A stretch of DNA of 64,000 nt from Spirochaetota bacterium. Lineage in GTDB: Bacteria > Spirochaetota > UBA4802 > UBA5550. The stretch is from the NCBI GenBank assembly GCA_016929135.1, contig JAFGJK010000142.1:2059-66058 (forward strand), written 5' to 3'. The number at the start of each line of letters is the position of its first letter. Position 1 is the first letter of the stretch. The notes beneath the pieces are model-generated. The model saw nothing but the letters and a program-made list of their open reading frames with translations. It did not search any database and was not told where the DNA came from. Both the position numbers and the translations under genes were made by a program. Below are positions 1 through 9,930 of this stretch, one piece after another.

Positions 1-501
1 CCGGAGGACGTGAAGGCCGTTTTTCTCACTCATTCGGACCAGGAACATGCCGGCGGGGCGATCAACTTCCCCAATGCCAAGATCTATATCGGCAAGGATG
101 AGGTGCAGATGATCGACGGTACCACCGGGAGGGTGCCGTGGCCGCTGTCGATCGTCTATTACAACGAACTGAAAGTGCCTTACGAGACCTTGGAGGACGG
201 CCAGGTGGTGGATGTGTGCGGCCTCAAGGTGAAGACGGTGTTCTGCCCGGGGCATACTCCGGGAACCGTGGTGTACATAGTGGGGGACAAGCTCATTGCC
301 GGCGATTCCATGGGCTTGAAGGACGGCCGCATCGTTGGCTTCAACGAGTATCTCTTTGTCAATATGGATGTTGAACGCATGAATCGATCGATACGGGATA
401 TTCTGGCGAAGCTTCCCGGCATCACGCAAATCCTGACGATGCATTTCGGTATGACCAGTGACGTCGACAAGGCATTCGAGAATTGGAGAAGAAAGCGGTG
501 A
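1..501 (+). CDS. MBL-fold metallo-hydrolase, 5'-truncated by the window edge (paralog of 15930..16709)
   Basis: The frame is open from nt 1 (PEDVKAVFLTHSDQEHAG...). It has the CPGHTPG His motif and is collinear with the C-terminal two thirds of ORF 15930..16709. Confidence 0.85.
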   Translation, partial: PEDVKAVFLTHSDQEHAGGAINFPNAKIYIGKDEVQMIDGTTGRVPWPLSIVYYNELKVPYETLEDGQVVDVCGLKVKTVFCPGHTPGTVVYIVGDKLIAGDSMGLKDGRIVGFNEYLFVNMDVERMNRSIRDILAKLPGITQILTMHFGMTSDVDKAFENWRRKR

Positions 502-522
502 ATCAACCGCAGAGAGTTTACA

Positions 523-1287
523 ATGAATAAAAGAAACGGGAACTGGAAGAAACGGTCGCTGGTGATCTCCAGCCTGCTTCTTGTCCTGGCGATTGCATTA
601 TTCGGGACGTACAAATACGTCAGAACCCAGCATCGCAAACACTACCATCCCCTGGAGACGCAGGAGGTCTTTCCCGGCGTCTATACGATTCGGGACGATT
701 ACGTCAACGCCTGGTTCATCAGGAGCGACTGCGGCCTCGTGGCGATGGACACTGCGATGCACGCGGGCACCATCAGGCGGGAGATGGCGAAGCTCAACCT
801 GCGTCCCGAGGAGGTCAGGGCGGTGTTCCTCTCCCATACCGACGTGGAGCACGCCGGGGAGCTCAAGGTGTTCCCCAACGCGAAGGTGTACATGGCCCGG
901 GAGGAGGTTCAGATGGTGGACGGTACGACGTACAGGGTGCCTGTGCTGTTCATGAAGAACAGCATCTCCGTCCCCTACGTCACTCTCGTTGACGGACAGG
1001 TGATGGACCTGTGCGGCGTGAAGATCAGATGCATCCTCACACCGGGGCACACGCCGGGATCCATGTCCTATGTGGTGAACGACACGCTGCTTTTCGGAGG
1101 GGATACCCTGAACATGAGAAACGGCAGGATCGAGGTGTTGGACAAGGGCTTCGTCAACATGGACCTTGATACGATGATGAAGTCCATCACAAGGCTCTCG
1201 AAACTGACCGGTATTCGGTATGTGCTCACACTGCACTTCGGGTATGCCGAATTTCAGAAGGCCTTCGAAAACTGGAGGGAGCAGTGA
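523..1287 (+). CDS. Membrane-anchored MBL-fold metallo-hydrolase (paralog of 16737..17501)
   Basis: N-terminal hydrophobic anchor (LVISSLLLVLAIALFG), FLSHTDVEHAG and TPGHTPG motifs, and very high identity to ORF 16737..17501. Confidence 0.9.
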   Translation: MNKRNGNWKKRSLVISSLLLVLAIALFGTYKYVRTQHRKHYHPLETQEVFPGVYTIRDDYVNAWFIRSDCGLVAMDTAMHAGTIRREMAKLNLRPEEVRAVFLSHTDVEHAGELKVFPNAKVYMAREEVQMVDGTTYRVPVLFMKNSISVPYVTLVDGQVMDLCGVKIRCILTPGHTPGSMSYVVNDTLLFGGDTLNMRNGRIEVLDKGFVNMDLDTMMKSITRLSKLTGIRYVLTLHFGYAEFQKAFENWREQ

Positions 1288-1383
1288 AGTGTCGGCATTG
1301 TGGACAGTTAAATAATACCGGGGGAAAGTGCCGAAGGACTGTTACGGCTAAATCATTCCCCCGGAAACGCAGGAGAAGAAAAC

Positions 1384-1491
1384 ATGGGAAAAAAGATCAT
1401 TTTATGGACGCTGGCCTCTGCCGCTGCACTTACCATCGGCATGGCGGTCTATTACGTCGTCATTCTGCTGGTGCACAGGACGTTGCCGTAA
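1384..1491 (+). CDS. 35-aa hydrophobic single-TM micropeptide (MGKKIILWTLASAAALTIGMAVYYVVILLVHRTLP), absent from the ORF track
   Basis: ATG preceded by GGAGAAGAAAAC. It is 23/35 aa identical to the second copy at 17612..17719, with conserved position after the MBL pair and a conserved upstream leader. Confidence 0.65.
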   Translation: MGKKIILWTLASAAALTIGMAVYYVVILLVHRTLP

Positions 1492-1828
1492 GATCACGGC
1501 GGGAAGCATGAAGGGATTGATGGTATCCGGTTCCGGCGAGGACCGGCTCGTCACGGAATTTCGCGACGCAAGTCCCCTTTGCCGGAACCGGGAGCATCAT
1601 CCGGATAGTTTTTCCTGGATGCTGCTGCCGATTATCATGCGGAACGTGCATCGGCAGTTGTGATGATTGATGTGTCGGATACTGCACATCGGCGAGGAAG
1701 CAAATAAGCATTTTAATAAGACTGATTTCTTTGTCAAATATCCGATGGATTATCGATTTCGCGGGAATGGCGGGACATTTATTTGAATATTCAGTTTGAT
1801 AAAAGTCTAAACGGTATTGAGAGAATTT

Positions 1829-2869
1829 ATGATAAGAGTATATTACAGGCAAATCGACGCGCACACAACGGTTGAGGAGATTCAGAAAATCACAAGGGAA
1901 CTTCTCTCCGGGATCGTTGAAAGGGAAAATGTATCCCTTGAAGATAAAATCCCTTTAAAGGTGCATTTCGGGGAAAAGGGTAATCATACATATATTAAGT
2001 CTGAAAATTACCAGGGAATCATAGAATATCTTAACAGCAGGAACATAGATGCCTGTTACATTGAAACGAGCGTATTGTATGGAGGGCAGAGGCACTGCAA
2101 AGCACTTCTCTTAAAAACCGCTGCGGAGCACGGCTTTACACAGCTGCCCCTGGTCGTTGCCGACGGCGAGCGGGGTGAAGCGTTTACCGAGGTTGATATA
2201 AACCGGAAGAATTTTATCACCTGTAAAATAGGCAGTGGTTTTCTTGAGTACAGGCAGGTTATCGTGTTATCCCATTTTAAAGGGCATACGCTGGCAGGCT
2301 TCGGGGGAGCGATCAAGCAGCTTTCAATGGGACATGCGTCCAAAGGAGGGAAGCTCGCGATGCATATGGGGATCAAGCCCAGAATAGTGAACAGGAAATG
2401 TAAAAAGTGCAAATTGTGCATGCAGGCATGTAACGAGAATGCGATTACAATTGATGAAAAGAGATCATTCATCGACCATAAAAAATGCGTGGGTTGCGGA
2501 GCCTGCCTTTCGGCGTGCACCTTTAAGGCGGTAACAAGGATGACTTTAAAGGGTATATACAATGCGCTGCATTTGAGACGATTCAGGGAAAGACTTGTTG
2601 AATACGCCTATGCTGCTCAATTGGGTAAGCACAATATATATTTTAACTTCGCTATGAACATCACAAAGGGGTGTGACTGTGAACCAAAAAAAATGAATAC
2701 GATCATGGATGATATCGGAATCTTCGTATCCATGGACCCCGTGGCAGTCGACCAGGCATGCTATGATTTTGTGAAAGAAAGAGGAAAAACGTTCAGGGGG
2801 AAGGAGCAGCTGTTGTATGCCGAGAAAGTCGGCCTCGGTTCAAGACAGTATGAATTGGTTCGGATGTAG
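1829..2869 (+). CDS. DUF362-like protein with two 4Fe-4S ferredoxin-type motifs
   Basis: CKKCKLCMQACNENAI and CVGCGACLSACTFKAV (CX2CX2CX3C x2) are embedded in a DUF362-type scaffold. The start could instead be TTG at 1817. Confidence 0.75.
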   Translation: MIRVYYRQIDAHTTVEEIQKITRELLSGIVERENVSLEDKIPLKVHFGEKGNHTYIKSENYQGIIEYLNSRNIDACYIETSVLYGGQRHCKALLLKTAAEHGFTQLPLVVADGERGEAFTEVDINRKNFITCKIGSGFLEYRQVIVLSHFKGHTLAGFGGAIKQLSMGHASKGGKLAMHMGIKPRIVNRKCKKCKLCMQACNENAITIDEKRSFIDHKKCVGCGACLSACTFKAVTRMTLKGIYNALHLRRFRERLVEYAYAAQLGKHNIYFNFAMNITKGCDCEPKKMNTIMDDIGIFVSMDPVAVDQACYDFVKERGKTFRGKEQLLYAEKVGLGSRQYELVRM

Positions 2870-3038
2870 CGGAGTGAATTTGATGCGCATTGTCATCTCT
2901 CGATTCAGCTATATTTATGCTGAACAAATTTTGGATAAGGGCGATTGGAATTGAAGAGCTGCACCTTTAAGAAATTTAACCGTGTCAGCGAATATCGCAG
3001 TACGGTCCACTACTACTGGAGTGTCGGAGGATTTTCGT

Positions 3039-4133
3039 ATGTACTGTTTATATCCAACGGCCAAGATAATCATCATATCGGGAATCGTAATCAACAGCTT
3101 TACCGCTATTGAACATATCACCGGCCAGCCGAGAGGGAGACGTAATTATTTCCGGTTTGTGAGGGGTATTATCATAAGCGTGTTGATTGCACAACTTGGC
3201 CTGATCGGTTTCGGATATCACCGTGAACATCCCTGTGCGCTTTTCCCATTTCTCACTTTCCTTTATCTCTTCGGTCCCCTCTGGTACATCCGGTATCACA
3301 AATTTCTTAATCCCGGGAGAAAAGTACCCCGCCGGTACGTGCTATCCCTCCTGCCGGCGTTTCCAATATTCATAATTGAACTTTATATACAATCATTGCC
3401 GCGTCCGCGCAAGTATTTCCTTTTTCGGGAATTTTTCAGGAATCCGCTCGAACATTGGATTATATATGTTTTTTTTTCATGTATACTTGTCCTTGTCTCT
3501 TATGCCTGTATGCTCCTGTATGTTCAGATAGGTTTCCTTAAGGATAATATCCTGAAACAACCTCTGCGTCTTTCAATCTTGATATCCACACTCTTTCTGG
3601 CATCGGTGGTCATTATATGCATGTATTGGATAACCATGAATCCCGATTATGTGCTTATTGGCGACAGCATGCTCAGTTCGCTGGTGATTATCTATTTTCT
3701 ATTTAAAAACCGTTTTCCGATATTTTTCCAGCTTCTCACGAAAGAGATCCGGCAGAAACGTTACCGTCAATCCCTCCTGAAAAAGCATGATCGAGAGGTA
3801 ATACATGAACGACTTGCGGAACTCATGAATGATGAGAAATTATACCAGGACATGGACCTGCGCATCAGTGACGTGGCGTCTCAATTGATGATAACCACAC
3901 ACCAGCTTTCGCAGCTGATAAACGAGCGCAATAAAACCGATTTCCGCAACTTCGTGAATCGTTTTCGCATAGAGGAGGCAACGAAACTCCTCTTCGAGGA
4001 GCATGATCGCAGCATCATCTCGATATGCTTTCATGTCGGCTTCAATTCAAAGGCGGCCTTCAATAAGACATTCAAGAAAATGATGGGATGTTCTCCCAAG
4101 GAATTCAGGGAAAATAGTAGTAAACAATTATAA
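3039..4133 (+). CDS. AraC-family transcriptional regulator with a polytopic membrane N-terminal domain (AraC1, the divergent member)
   Basis: The C-terminal HTH_18/AraC signature reads ...THQLSQLINERNKTDFRNFVNRFRIEEATKLL...CFHVGFNSKAAFNKTFKKMMGCSPKEFR. There are multiple hydrophobic helices upstream. ATG 3039 follows GGAGG; GTG 2982 is an alternative start. Confidence 0.85.
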   Translation: MYCLYPTAKIIIISGIVINSFTAIEHITGQPRGRRNYFRFVRGIIISVLIAQLGLIGFGYHREHPCALFPFLTFLYLFGPLWYIRYHKFLNPGRKVPRRYVLSLLPAFPIFIIELYIQSLPRPRKYFLFREFFRNPLEHWIIYVFFSCILVLVSYACMLLYVQIGFLKDNILKQPLRLSILISTLFLASVVIICMYWITMNPDYVLIGDSMLSSLVIIYFLFKNRFPIFFQLLTKEIRQKRYRQSLLKKHDREVIHERLAELMNDEKLYQDMDLRISDVASQLMITTHQLSQLINERNKTDFRNFVNRFRIEEATKLLFEEHDRSIISICFHVGFNSKAAFNKTFKKMMGCSPKEFRENSSKQL

Positions 4134-4307
4134 TTATCAACGACTTCGCCTCTCTCTTCCCCTAATCTTCTATCAGTTTCAGTCGTCGCCTCTTTCCGTG
4201 AATGTTGTGTCGGCTGTTCACGGGATGCGCGGTATGTAACGTCCAATTGCTGATGCGGGGAGATGCGATGAAGATGCAACAATATCTCAAAAGGAGGATT
4301 ATGCAAA

Positions 4308-5618
4308 ATGGCACTGGAAATCAGAGATTCTTCACTCGATGAAGGGGCAATTCAATCCTCAAGCAGGAGGTTTATCTTCATCCTGTTGTTCTTTTTATAT
4401 TTCTATAATATTTTGGACAGGTTTCTTCTATCTTCGCTGTTCCCGATTATCAGCAGGGAGTGGGGGCTTACGGATACGCAATGCGGCATGCTGATGTCCA
4501 CGATTTACTGGGCGATAGTAGTCAGTGTGCTGCCATTGTCGATCGTCGTCGACCGGTGGAGCCGCAGAAAGGCAATCGGATTGATGGCGGTCTTCTGGGG
4601 TATCATGGCAATTGGCAGCGCATTCACGAGCAGTTACATTGAGCTGTTTACTGTCCGGACATTGATGGGCGTAGGAATAGCCGCATTCGCCCCGGGGGGA
4701 CTGGCGTTGCTTTCCGGTTTGTACCCTATACAGAAGCGGGCCAGAATGTTAGGCTTGTGGCAGATGTCAATACCCTTCGGTACGGCCGTCGGCGTCGCTC
4801 TCGGCGGTGTTGTCGCGGCAATGCTGGGGTGGCGTTATGCATTCGGGCTGATCGCCGCTCCCGGTCTCATCTTCGCGATACTTTTCTTTTTCATTAAAGA
4901 TTACAAAACCGTGGCCCTTGAAAAAACCACCGGAGCGGATGGCGGCGGGAGTCAGCGGATCAGTATGGGAAAGAAGGATATCGCCATGCAATTCCTGAAA
5001 ACGCCGACGCTCATATTGACCTATCTCGGCTTCACCTGCAGCATGTTTACCACTACGGCGTTGATTACGTGGCTGCCCACCTATCTCCAGAGATCCTATA
5101 GCGTTCCCCTGGAAAGGGCAAGCGTTCTGGCCGGTATAGTCCTGCTGCTTGCGATTGTCGGCGCTCCGGCAGGCGGCTTTCTCGCTGATTTCTGGATAAA
5201 AAGGAGAATCAACGCACGGCTGATGGTTGCCGGTTTCAGCATGCTTGTGACCACAATCATTTTAGCGGCTATTCTATTGCTCTTCACCCACAACACGACC
5301 GTTCAATATGTGCTCTGGCTGGCGATGGGAATAAGTACCACCATGTTCGGCCCTGCGGTCATGGCCGTTACCCAGGAGGTGGTCCATCCCGGGCTCCGAT
5401 CCATGTCCTTTGCGATCGCCCAGATCATTTCCTTCCTGCTGGGCGCATCGCTGGGTCCCATGGTCGTCGGAGTGCTGTCGGATGCATCGAACATAGGAAC
5501 CGCCTTCCTCGTATTGCCTGCGGCAACCCTTTTGGCGACGGTGCTTTACTTTATCGGGTCGTTATTTTACGACAGGGATTTTCACAAGGTTGAGAAGGTC
5601 GAAATGACCGTCAATTGA
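4308..5618 (+). CDS. MFS transporter
   Basis: 436 aa with about 12 hydrophobic segments and a DRWSRRK-type loop motif between TM2 and TM3. Confidence 0.85.
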   Translation: MALEIRDSSLDEGAIQSSSRRFIFILLFFLYFYNILDRFLLSSLFPIISREWGLTDTQCGMLMSTIYWAIVVSVLPLSIVVDRWSRRKAIGLMAVFWGIMAIGSAFTSSYIELFTVRTLMGVGIAAFAPGGLALLSGLYPIQKRARMLGLWQMSIPFGTAVGVALGGVVAAMLGWRYAFGLIAAPGLIFAILFFFIKDYKTVALEKTTGADGGGSQRISMGKKDIAMQFLKTPTLILTYLGFTCSMFTTTALITWLPTYLQRSYSVPLERASVLAGIVLLLAIVGAPAGGFLADFWIKRRINARLMVAGFSMLVTTIILAAILLLFTHNTTVQYVLWLAMGISTTMFGPAVMAVTQEVVHPGLRSMSFAIAQIISFLLGASLGPMVVGVLSDASNIGTAFLVLPAATLLATVLYFIGSLFYDRDFHKVEKVEMTVN

Positions 5619-5666
5619 ACAAAGCCGGATGGTTATGGTTTCTATATTTATTGAGTGGAGGAGAAA

Positions 5667-7103
5667 ATGAATTCCATCCTTACTGATTTTTATAAAGTTG
5701 CAGTCGAAAATGAGCTGATTGCAGCTTTGGGACGCGACAAGGTATCGACGTCGTTCATTGACCGCAAGGTCTATTCCAGCGATGAACTGGTGGAATGGAC
5801 CTGTCCTTCGCCGGACGGAGACTGTGATCCACCCATCGCGGATTTCGTCGTATGGCCGGACACGGCACAGGATGTCGTTGAAACGATAAAAATCGCCAAC
5901 AGGCACCGCGTGCCCGTGATCCCCATGTGCGGCGCAGCGCAGAACCGCGGCAGCATACTGCCGCTCCATGGAGGGATAATTATCGATGTAAAATCCCTGC
6001 ACCGGATAATCGCCCTGGATACCGAAAATCATACGGTAACCGTACAGGCGGGCGTCATTTGCAACGAGCTGGAGGCTTTTTTAAACACGCAGGGATACAC
6101 GATGAATCACCTGCCGCAATCGCAGCATATAAGCGGCATCGGCGGATTTCTGTCGGCACGGAGCGCCGGCGTGGTGTCGACGAAATACGGCAAGATCACC
6201 GAGATGGTTCTGGGCATGGAGGTCGTGTTGCCCAACGGCGATATCATGCGCACCAAACCGGTGCCGAACTCCGCCGCCGGCCCGAACTTCAACTACCTGT
6301 TCATGGGCGCCGAGGGAACTCTGGGCGTGATCACCGAAGCGACATTCAAGATACATCTGCTTCCGGAAGCCCGCATGTTCCGATCGTATCTCTTCCCCGA
6401 TTATCCTGCCGCCGTCAACGCGGTGCGTCTCATCATGCGAAGGGGTGTCATGCCTGCGGCAATACGCATCTCCGATGAGCTTGAAACGCAGGTTTTCCAC
6501 AAGCATAAGGGTTCACTGATGATAGCAATGTTCGACGGCTTCGAGGAGCTCTGCGCTCTGGAAGCGAAAGAGGCCGCCGGGATCGCCGCGTCACTGAACG
6601 CGCAGGACCTCGGTGAAAAACCGGCGCTGGAATGGTGGGAGAAGAAACGGTTCTCGGTCGCTTTCCCCAGCAGCGAACATCCCGCCTTCGCGCTGCCGAT
6701 TCCCGGCTTTGTACGGGTGAATGGCTGTATCGATTCGGCAGGTTCTTTCGATTATCTCGTCGCCGTTCAGCGCAAGCTGCGCACCCTGATGGGGAAGTTG
6801 AACATGTTCGTGGTGTCGCACAGCTCTCATTTCTATCATACGGGCGGCATGATCTATCCGCGCTTTATCGGCCAGCTCATGCGTGGCCCCGGTCTTCCGG
6901 CCGCCTACACTGAAATATGGAAACAGGGAATTCTCCTCTCCCATGAGCTCGGAGGCACCATCAATCATCATCATGGCATCGGCCTGACCCTTGCACGCTA
7001 CATGAATCTTGAGCTGGGGAATGAAGGCATGGAGAATTTCAGGAAGATCAAACGCGCCATGGATCCGAACAACATCATGAATCCGGGCAAACTTGGATTA
7101 TGA
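5667..7103 (+). CDS. FAD-binding oxidoreductase (GlcD / alkyl-DHAP-synthase-like FAD_binding_4 + FAD-oxidase_C)
   Basis: PVIPMCGAAQNRGS..., GGIIIDV, TVQAGV and GAEGTLGVITEATFK motifs. ATG 5667 follows GGAGGAG; GTG 5655 is an alternative start. Confidence 0.8.
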   Translation: MNSILTDFYKVAVENELIAALGRDKVSTSFIDRKVYSSDELVEWTCPSPDGDCDPPIADFVVWPDTAQDVVETIKIANRHRVPVIPMCGAAQNRGSILPLHGGIIIDVKSLHRIIALDTENHTVTVQAGVICNELEAFLNTQGYTMNHLPQSQHISGIGGFLSARSAGVVSTKYGKITEMVLGMEVVLPNGDIMRTKPVPNSAAGPNFNYLFMGAEGTLGVITEATFKIHLLPEARMFRSYLFPDYPAAVNAVRLIMRRGVMPAAIRISDELETQVFHKHKGSLMIAMFDGFEELCALEAKEAAGIAASLNAQDLGEKPALEWWEKKRFSVAFPSSEHPAFALPIPGFVRVNGCIDSAGSFDYLVAVQRKLRTLMGKLNMFVVSHSSHFYHTGGMIYPRFIGQLMRGPGLPAAYTEIWKQGILLSHELGGTINHHHGIGLTLARYMNLELGNEGMENFRKIKRAMDPNNIMNPGKLGL

Positions 7104-7128
7104 CACCACACTTGAAGCGAGGTATGAA

Positions 7129-8256
7129 ATGATTGATATAAAAGAAAACTCCCGTCTTTGCTCTGTATGCCCCAACATGTGCAGGGATTTCTGCTCTGTC
7201 GCCGGCGCCACGAGGCACGAAGCCGATTCACCGAAGCATAAAGGGGCATTCGTAAAGGAAGTCATTGATGAAAAGAACAGTCTTGACGCGGCCATGGTCG
7301 ATTATTTTTACCGCTGCGCCATGTGCAAGGCCTGCCGTGAAGCGTGTGAAACGGACCTGGATACGAGTGAACTGGTCCTCAGCGCGCGGACCGGCGTGAA
7401 GGGGGATTTGATCCCATCGAAGCTCGGTGCGGTCCGTGAGAATATCGTTTCGGGGAACATGTATGCTGACGAGCTCTCCGATTTGAAATCCCTGCTCAAG
7501 CCCCATCTGGCAAAGGGGAAGGCACACACCTTGTTGTACTTCGGGCGCAAGCTGCGCTGCGAGGGCTTGGCCGCAATTACCGGCATTCTGTCGCTGCTGG
7601 ATAAGCTGAATGCCGAATATTCTGTCATGGAAACCGAGCCGGATACGGGTCAACTGGCCTATTTTCTCGGGTTTGCCGAAGACGCTCGCGCCCTGGCGGA
7701 GACGTGCAACAGGGAAATTGAAGCGTTGCATCCCCAGACCCTGGTCGTATTTTCCGCCGACGACCTGCGGATGATAAAAAAGGAGTTCACCGGTCCGGGT
7801 TTGTCCCAAACGATACCGGTGATTCAAAGCGTCCCAGAGTTTCTTCTTGAGCTGATCAACAAGATGAAACCGGCTTTTAAAGATACGACGGAGAAGGTGT
7901 CCTACCATGATTCCTGCGCCCTGGGGAGGGAGTTGCGCGTCTTCGAAGCGCCGAGAGAGCTGATTCGCAATGTTCCCGGCGTCACCCTTGTGGAGATGGC
8001 ATTCAACAGGGACCAGGCTCCCTGCTGCGGCTACGGCATGGGACTTGATATCACCCATCCGGAGATCAAGGCAAAGATGGCCGCGCGCCTCAGGATCATG
8101 GCGATGCAAACCGGAGCGACGACCCTGGTGACCGGGTGCCCGGTCTGCTCGATTGTGCTGAATGCGGCAGCAGTGACGGACATGTCAGATCAGAATTCGG
8201 GGGGCATCGAAATCATCGATATTGCGCAATTCCTTGAAAGGAGGCTGATAGTATGA
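7129..8256 (+). CDS. (Fe-S)-binding protein with CCG domains (GlcF/GlpC/heterodisulfide-reductase-like)
   Basis: CSVCPNMCRDFC and CAMCKACREACE cluster motifs, plus two Cys-rich CCG-type regions (YHDSCALGRE, PCCGYGMG, GCPVC). TTG 7093 is an alternative start. Confidence 0.8.
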   Translation: MIDIKENSRLCSVCPNMCRDFCSVAGATRHEADSPKHKGAFVKEVIDEKNSLDAAMVDYFYRCAMCKACREACETDLDTSELVLSARTGVKGDLIPSKLGAVRENIVSGNMYADELSDLKSLLKPHLAKGKAHTLLYFGRKLRCEGLAAITGILSLLDKLNAEYSVMETEPDTGQLAYFLGFAEDARALAETCNREIEALHPQTLVVFSADDLRMIKKEFTGPGLSQTIPVIQSVPEFLLELINKMKPAFKDTTEKVSYHDSCALGRELRVFEAPRELIRNVPGVTLVEMAFNRDQAPCCGYGMGLDITHPEIKAKMAARLRIMAMQTGATTLVTGCPVCSIVLNAAAVTDMSDQNSGGIEIIDIAQFLERRLIV

Positions 8257-9929
8257 AAGTCGCATGCTGGAGTACGGGAAGCCGTGCAGACTATCTCCAA
8301 CAACTCGAGGAAAGAGTATTCGATGTTCTGATAGTAGGCGGAGGTATCACAGGCGCTGGGATATTCAGGGATTGCGGGCTGCAGGGAATCAGCGCGGCCC
8401 TGATCGAGAAGGATGATTTCGCCTTCGGTACCTCGTCCAAGAGCACGAAGCTGGCGCACGGCGGGTTGCGATATATATTGAACGGGGAATTCGGACTTGT
8501 CAGGGAAGAAACTCACGAGCGGGACTGGTTGCGAAGGTCCTTTCCAAACTTGGTCAGGCCGGTGCCCATCATCTTTCCGAACTATAACCGTATCAGGACT
8601 TTCCTTGCTCCCTTCGTATTTCTGCTCTATGAGGCGCTGGCGGGGTGGAGGAATTACCGTTTTTTCCGCCCCCTCTCCAGGAGGAAAATATTTGCACTGG
8701 AGCCGAGGTTGTCGTGCGGTGACATTGAATCCGGAATAATGTTCTACGAGTGCGTCGTCGACGATCAACGCCTCACAATCGAAGTGATGAAAGAGGGCGT
8801 GTGGTCCGGAGGCACGGCGTTGAACTACGTTATGGCGATGCGTGTTGTCGAGGAAAACGGCCGTGTTGCCGGCGTGGAGGTCCGGGACCGGGAGACGGGA
8901 AGGGAATTCATGATAAAGGCCAGGAATGTGGTGAGCGCCGTGGGGTCATGGACCGATCAGTTGCTGCCAAAGGGGTATCATCCATCGGGCACGCTCATAC
9001 GGCCGTCCAAAGGCGTGCACGTGGTGTTTAAAAAGGAGGATGTGGGCAACGAATATGGAATATATGCCACAAGCCGGACGGATAAGCGGGGGGTTTTCAT
9101 CGTATCCCACGGCGAGTACACCTATGTGGGCACCACCGATACCGAATACAATGAAGACCTGGATCACTGCCGTACCGATGAAAACGAGTATTCCTATCTC
9201 AAAGAGATCACGAAGTCCCACTTCCCCTCGGCCCGTTTTGAAAAGGAAGACGTTCTGGGATCGTACGCCGGAACGCGCCCTCTGGTCAAACAGGAGGGGG
9301 TTTCAGAACACAAGACCTCGAGGAAGGCCTTCATCGACATGGTGTACCCCGGATTTTTCATCATAGCGGGAGGCAAGCTCACCACGTTCCGTGCCATGTC
9401 CCAGCAGCTGCTCCGGTTTATGAAAAAACACGGCGCAGACTCTATCGGATCGGTACGTGGTTCCCTGTCCAGAAGGAAATTCAATGTTGGAATGAAGAGA
9501 AAGGATTGGGACGAACAGATCAAGAGAAAAAACCCTGCCGATGTCCTTCCAGACAGAAGGACACTCGATCACCTGTATGAGAATTACGGCAGTGGCGCCT
9601 TTAACATACTTGAAAGACTGGTGGAAAAACCCGAGCTTTCACGGCGGATAACAGAAGAACAGCCGCACATGCTCGCCGAGCTGGACTACGCGATTGATTT
9701 CGAACTGGTAACGCATGTCAAAGATTTCCTCATGCGCCGCACCAATCTTTCCCTGCATAGCCGCGATGCACATGCCGAGCTGGGGGGTACAATCGCCGAG
9801 TATATGGCAAAACGTCTGGGGTGGAACAAAAAACGTATGAATGATGAAGTGGATGAGTATTGCCGTATTGCCATGGAGAACAGTTTTTTCCTGCATTCAC
9901 ACATGGCAATGCATGATAGGAGGAACTGA
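8253..9929 (+). CDS. FAD-dependent glycerol-3-phosphate dehydrogenase-like oxidoreductase (GlpD/GlpA family)
   Basis: FDVLIVGGGITGAG dinucleotide fold, FGTSSKSTKLAHGGLRYI, and a C-terminal GlpD-type helical domain. There is an ATGA overlap with the upstream gene. Confidence 0.8.
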   Translation: MKVACWSTGSRADYLQQLEERVFDVLIVGGGITGAGIFRDCGLQGISAALIEKDDFAFGTSSKSTKLAHGGLRYILNGEFGLVREETHERDWLRRSFPNLVRPVPIIFPNYNRIRTFLAPFVFLLYEALAGWRNYRFFRPLSRRKIFALEPRLSCGDIESGIMFYECVVDDQRLTIEVMKEGVWSGGTALNYVMAMRVVEENGRVAGVEVRDRETGREFMIKARNVVSAVGSWTDQLLPKGYHPSGTLIRPSKGVHVVFKKEDVGNEYGIYATSRTDKRGVFIVSHGEYTYVGTTDTEYNEDLDHCRTDENEYSYLKEITKSHFPSARFEKEDVLGSYAGTRPLVKQEGVSEHKTSRKAFIDMVYPGFFIIAGGKLTTFRAMSQQLLRFMKKHGADSIGSVRGSLSRRKFNVGMKRKDWDEQIKRKNPADVLPDRRTLDHLYENYGSGAFNILERLVEKPELSRRITEEQPHMLAELDYAIDFELVTHVKDFLMRRTNLSLHSRDAHAELGGTIAEYMAKRLGWNKKRMNDEVDEYCRIAMENSFFLHSHMAMHDRRN

Positions 9930-9930
9930 T

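Larger units (their letters stand above)
1..1530 (+). repeat. Copy 1 of a diverged segmental duplication (MBL-A / MBL-B / 35-aa peptide module); copy 2 lies at about 16215..17760
   Basis: Collinear nucleotide similarity, with 50 of the first 60 aligned nt identical to 16215-16274. Gene order is the same and the leader in front of the small ORF is conserved (CCGGAAACGCAGGAGA). Confidence 0.85.
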
